From Mustelus asterias (lineage: Eukaryota), in assembly GCF_964213995.1 (NCBI RefSeq), contig NC_135804.1, forward strand, positions 21,018,001 to 21,082,000: DNA of 64,000 nucleotides, in the 5' to 3' direction. Shown in pieces: positions 62,159-64,000 of the stretch. The stretch's first letter is position 1, and every line of letters begins with the position of its first letter. Both the position numbers and the translations under genes were made by a program. The notes below the pieces were generated by a model. That model saw only the letters and a list, made by a program, of their open reading frames with translations, had not been told where the DNA came from and made no database searches.

Positions 62159-63194
62159 CAAGAAGGAAAAATAACTGTTACCACTTTGAGATTGCCCTAC
62201 ATCATTTACTACCCTTGACGCAGAGGACAGCGCATTTTGTGATGAGGAATTTATAGCTGTAAAATACAAATCTAATTATCAGTACATTTTAGGAATCTCT
62301 CTCTTTCCTAAAGGCCTAAAGAATCAGACTGACAATTCGAGACTTGTGCTATTCCTTACCAGCGGTAGAAATTCAATATATATGTATTATATAATAATCA
62401 TCTACAACATGAGTGAATGTTGCATTGTAACTGTCTTTTTTATGTTGTTGCTTTGAACCTCCTCTAGCTGGTCTGGCCTTTGCTTTGCTACCCTTGCGCA
62501 GTAGTTCTCAAACTAGGATTCACAAAACCAAGGGACTTGCCGGGGTTTTGCAAAATAAGGTGAACGAGACCTGTTGCTGAGATGGCATGGGTTGACATCC
62601 CCCCTCTGCTTAAGATGTACAGTGCAGCTGAGAGCTCGCTCACAAGGAAGTTCTATGTCACACACAGGGAGACACTGATCGGTTATTGCTGGGCGGGCAC
62701 TGCGGCTGAGGCAACTCTGGAAACCAAAACATAACTGTATTACAGGGGCCTCGGATTGAATAAAAATACTGAACAGGAGACAATTGGCTCCAGAGACTCA
62801 GAGAATTTTTTTTAAAAAAAAGTACACTCCGAGTATTTGTGCAACAAATGTTTCTTTCATTCCATTAGCAATTTATAAAATTATAGAATCCCGACAGTGC
62901 AGAAGGAGGCCATTTGGCCCATTGAGCCTGCACTGACAACAATCCCACCCAGATTCCATCCCTGTAACCCCACATATTTACCCTGCTAGTCCCCCTGACA
63001 CTAAGGGGCAATTTACCATGATTAATCCACCTAACCTGCATGTTTTTCGACTGTGGGAGGAAACCGGAGCACCCGGAGGAAACCCACGCGAGCACAGGGA
63101 GAATGTCACCCGAGGCCAAAATTGAACCTGGGTTCCTGGCGCTGTGAGGCAGCAGTACTAACCACAGTGCCACCCTGCCACCCAATTTAAAACC

Positions 63195-64000
63195 ATAAAT
63201 TCCACAGATTCACCACCCTTTGAGAGAAGTAGTTTCTCCTTATCTCTGTTTTAAATCAGATATCCCTTATCCTAAAGCTATGACCTTTTGTTCTAGATTG
63301 CTCCACAAGAGGAAGCATCTGATCTACGTCTACTTTGTCAATACCTTTTAACATCTTGTATACTTCAATTAGATCTCCCCTCATTCTTCTAAACTCTAGA
63401 GAGTACAGGCCTAAACTGCTCAATCTCTCTTCATAAGACAAACCCCCTCATCTCTGGAATCAATTTAGTGAATCTCCTCTGAACTGCCTCTAATGCAACT
63501 ACATCCTTCCTCATTAAGGGGACCAAAACTGTACACCGTGCTCCAGGTGCGGTCTCACCAATGCCTTATATAGTTGCAGCAACACTTCCTTACTTTTATA
63601 CTCAATTCCTTTCGCTATAAATGCCAAAATTCTATTTGCTTTCCTTATTACCTGTTGTATTTGCATACCAGTTTTCTGCAACTCATGCACGAGGACACCC
63701 TCTGCACCAAAGCGCCCCAAAGTCTCCTTCCACTTAGATAATAAGTTGCCTTTCCATTTTCCCGACCAAAATGGATAGCCCCACACTTATCCACATTAAA
63801 CCCCATCTGCCACATTTTGGCCCACTCATCTAACCTATCTATATCCATTTGTAAATTTCTTTTCCACATTGCAGCTTACTATCCCACTTATTTTATTGTC
63901 ATCTGCAAATTTAGCTATAGTACCTTCTATTCCTGTATCCAAGTGATTAATATAACTTGTAAATAGTTGGGGCCCAAGGACTGAATCCTGTGGTACCCCA
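63195..64000 (-). mobile_element. CR1 LINE RT/3' fragment
   Basis: LVRPHLEHGVQFWSP and YEERLSSLGLYSLEFRRMRGDLIEVYK. Confidence 0.85.

Noticed and set aside
62499-62560. cagtagttctcaaact, a hAT-like terminus
   Set aside because: No matching opposite TIR or 8-bp TSD found.

Overview
Eukaryotic, repeat-rich genomic DNA. The repeat content (HE1/V-SINE-type and Deu-domain SINEs, CR1/L2/Rex1 LINEs, Penelope-like elements) points to a cartilaginous fish, most likely a shark (inference). Four spliced genes were read by hand with canonical GT-AG boundaries: a BCO1-like carotenoid oxygenase (exons 1-5, minus strand, continues off the left edge); complete CHMP1A (7 exons, 198 aa, minus); a short SPATA33-like gene head-to-head with CHMP1A across a CpG-rich bidirectional promoter; and CDK10 (exons 1-4, plus, continues off the right edge). 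Other elements are a tRNA-Phe(GAA) copy, a 6.9-kb decayed PIF/Harbinger transposon with TIRs, TTA TSD and both gene relics, a young CR1 RT ORF, and several Penelope-like insertions with TSDs, inverted termini and hammerhead-like motifs. The most unusual item is a 445-bp module in the CR1 3' UTR, bracketed by 23-bp direct repeats, that contains a nested-stem, pseudoknot-capable structure. Most ORF-track entries are SINE or LINE artefacts. Repeat boundaries are approximate unless a TSD or TIR is quoted. No database searches were run, so family names rest on recalled motifs.
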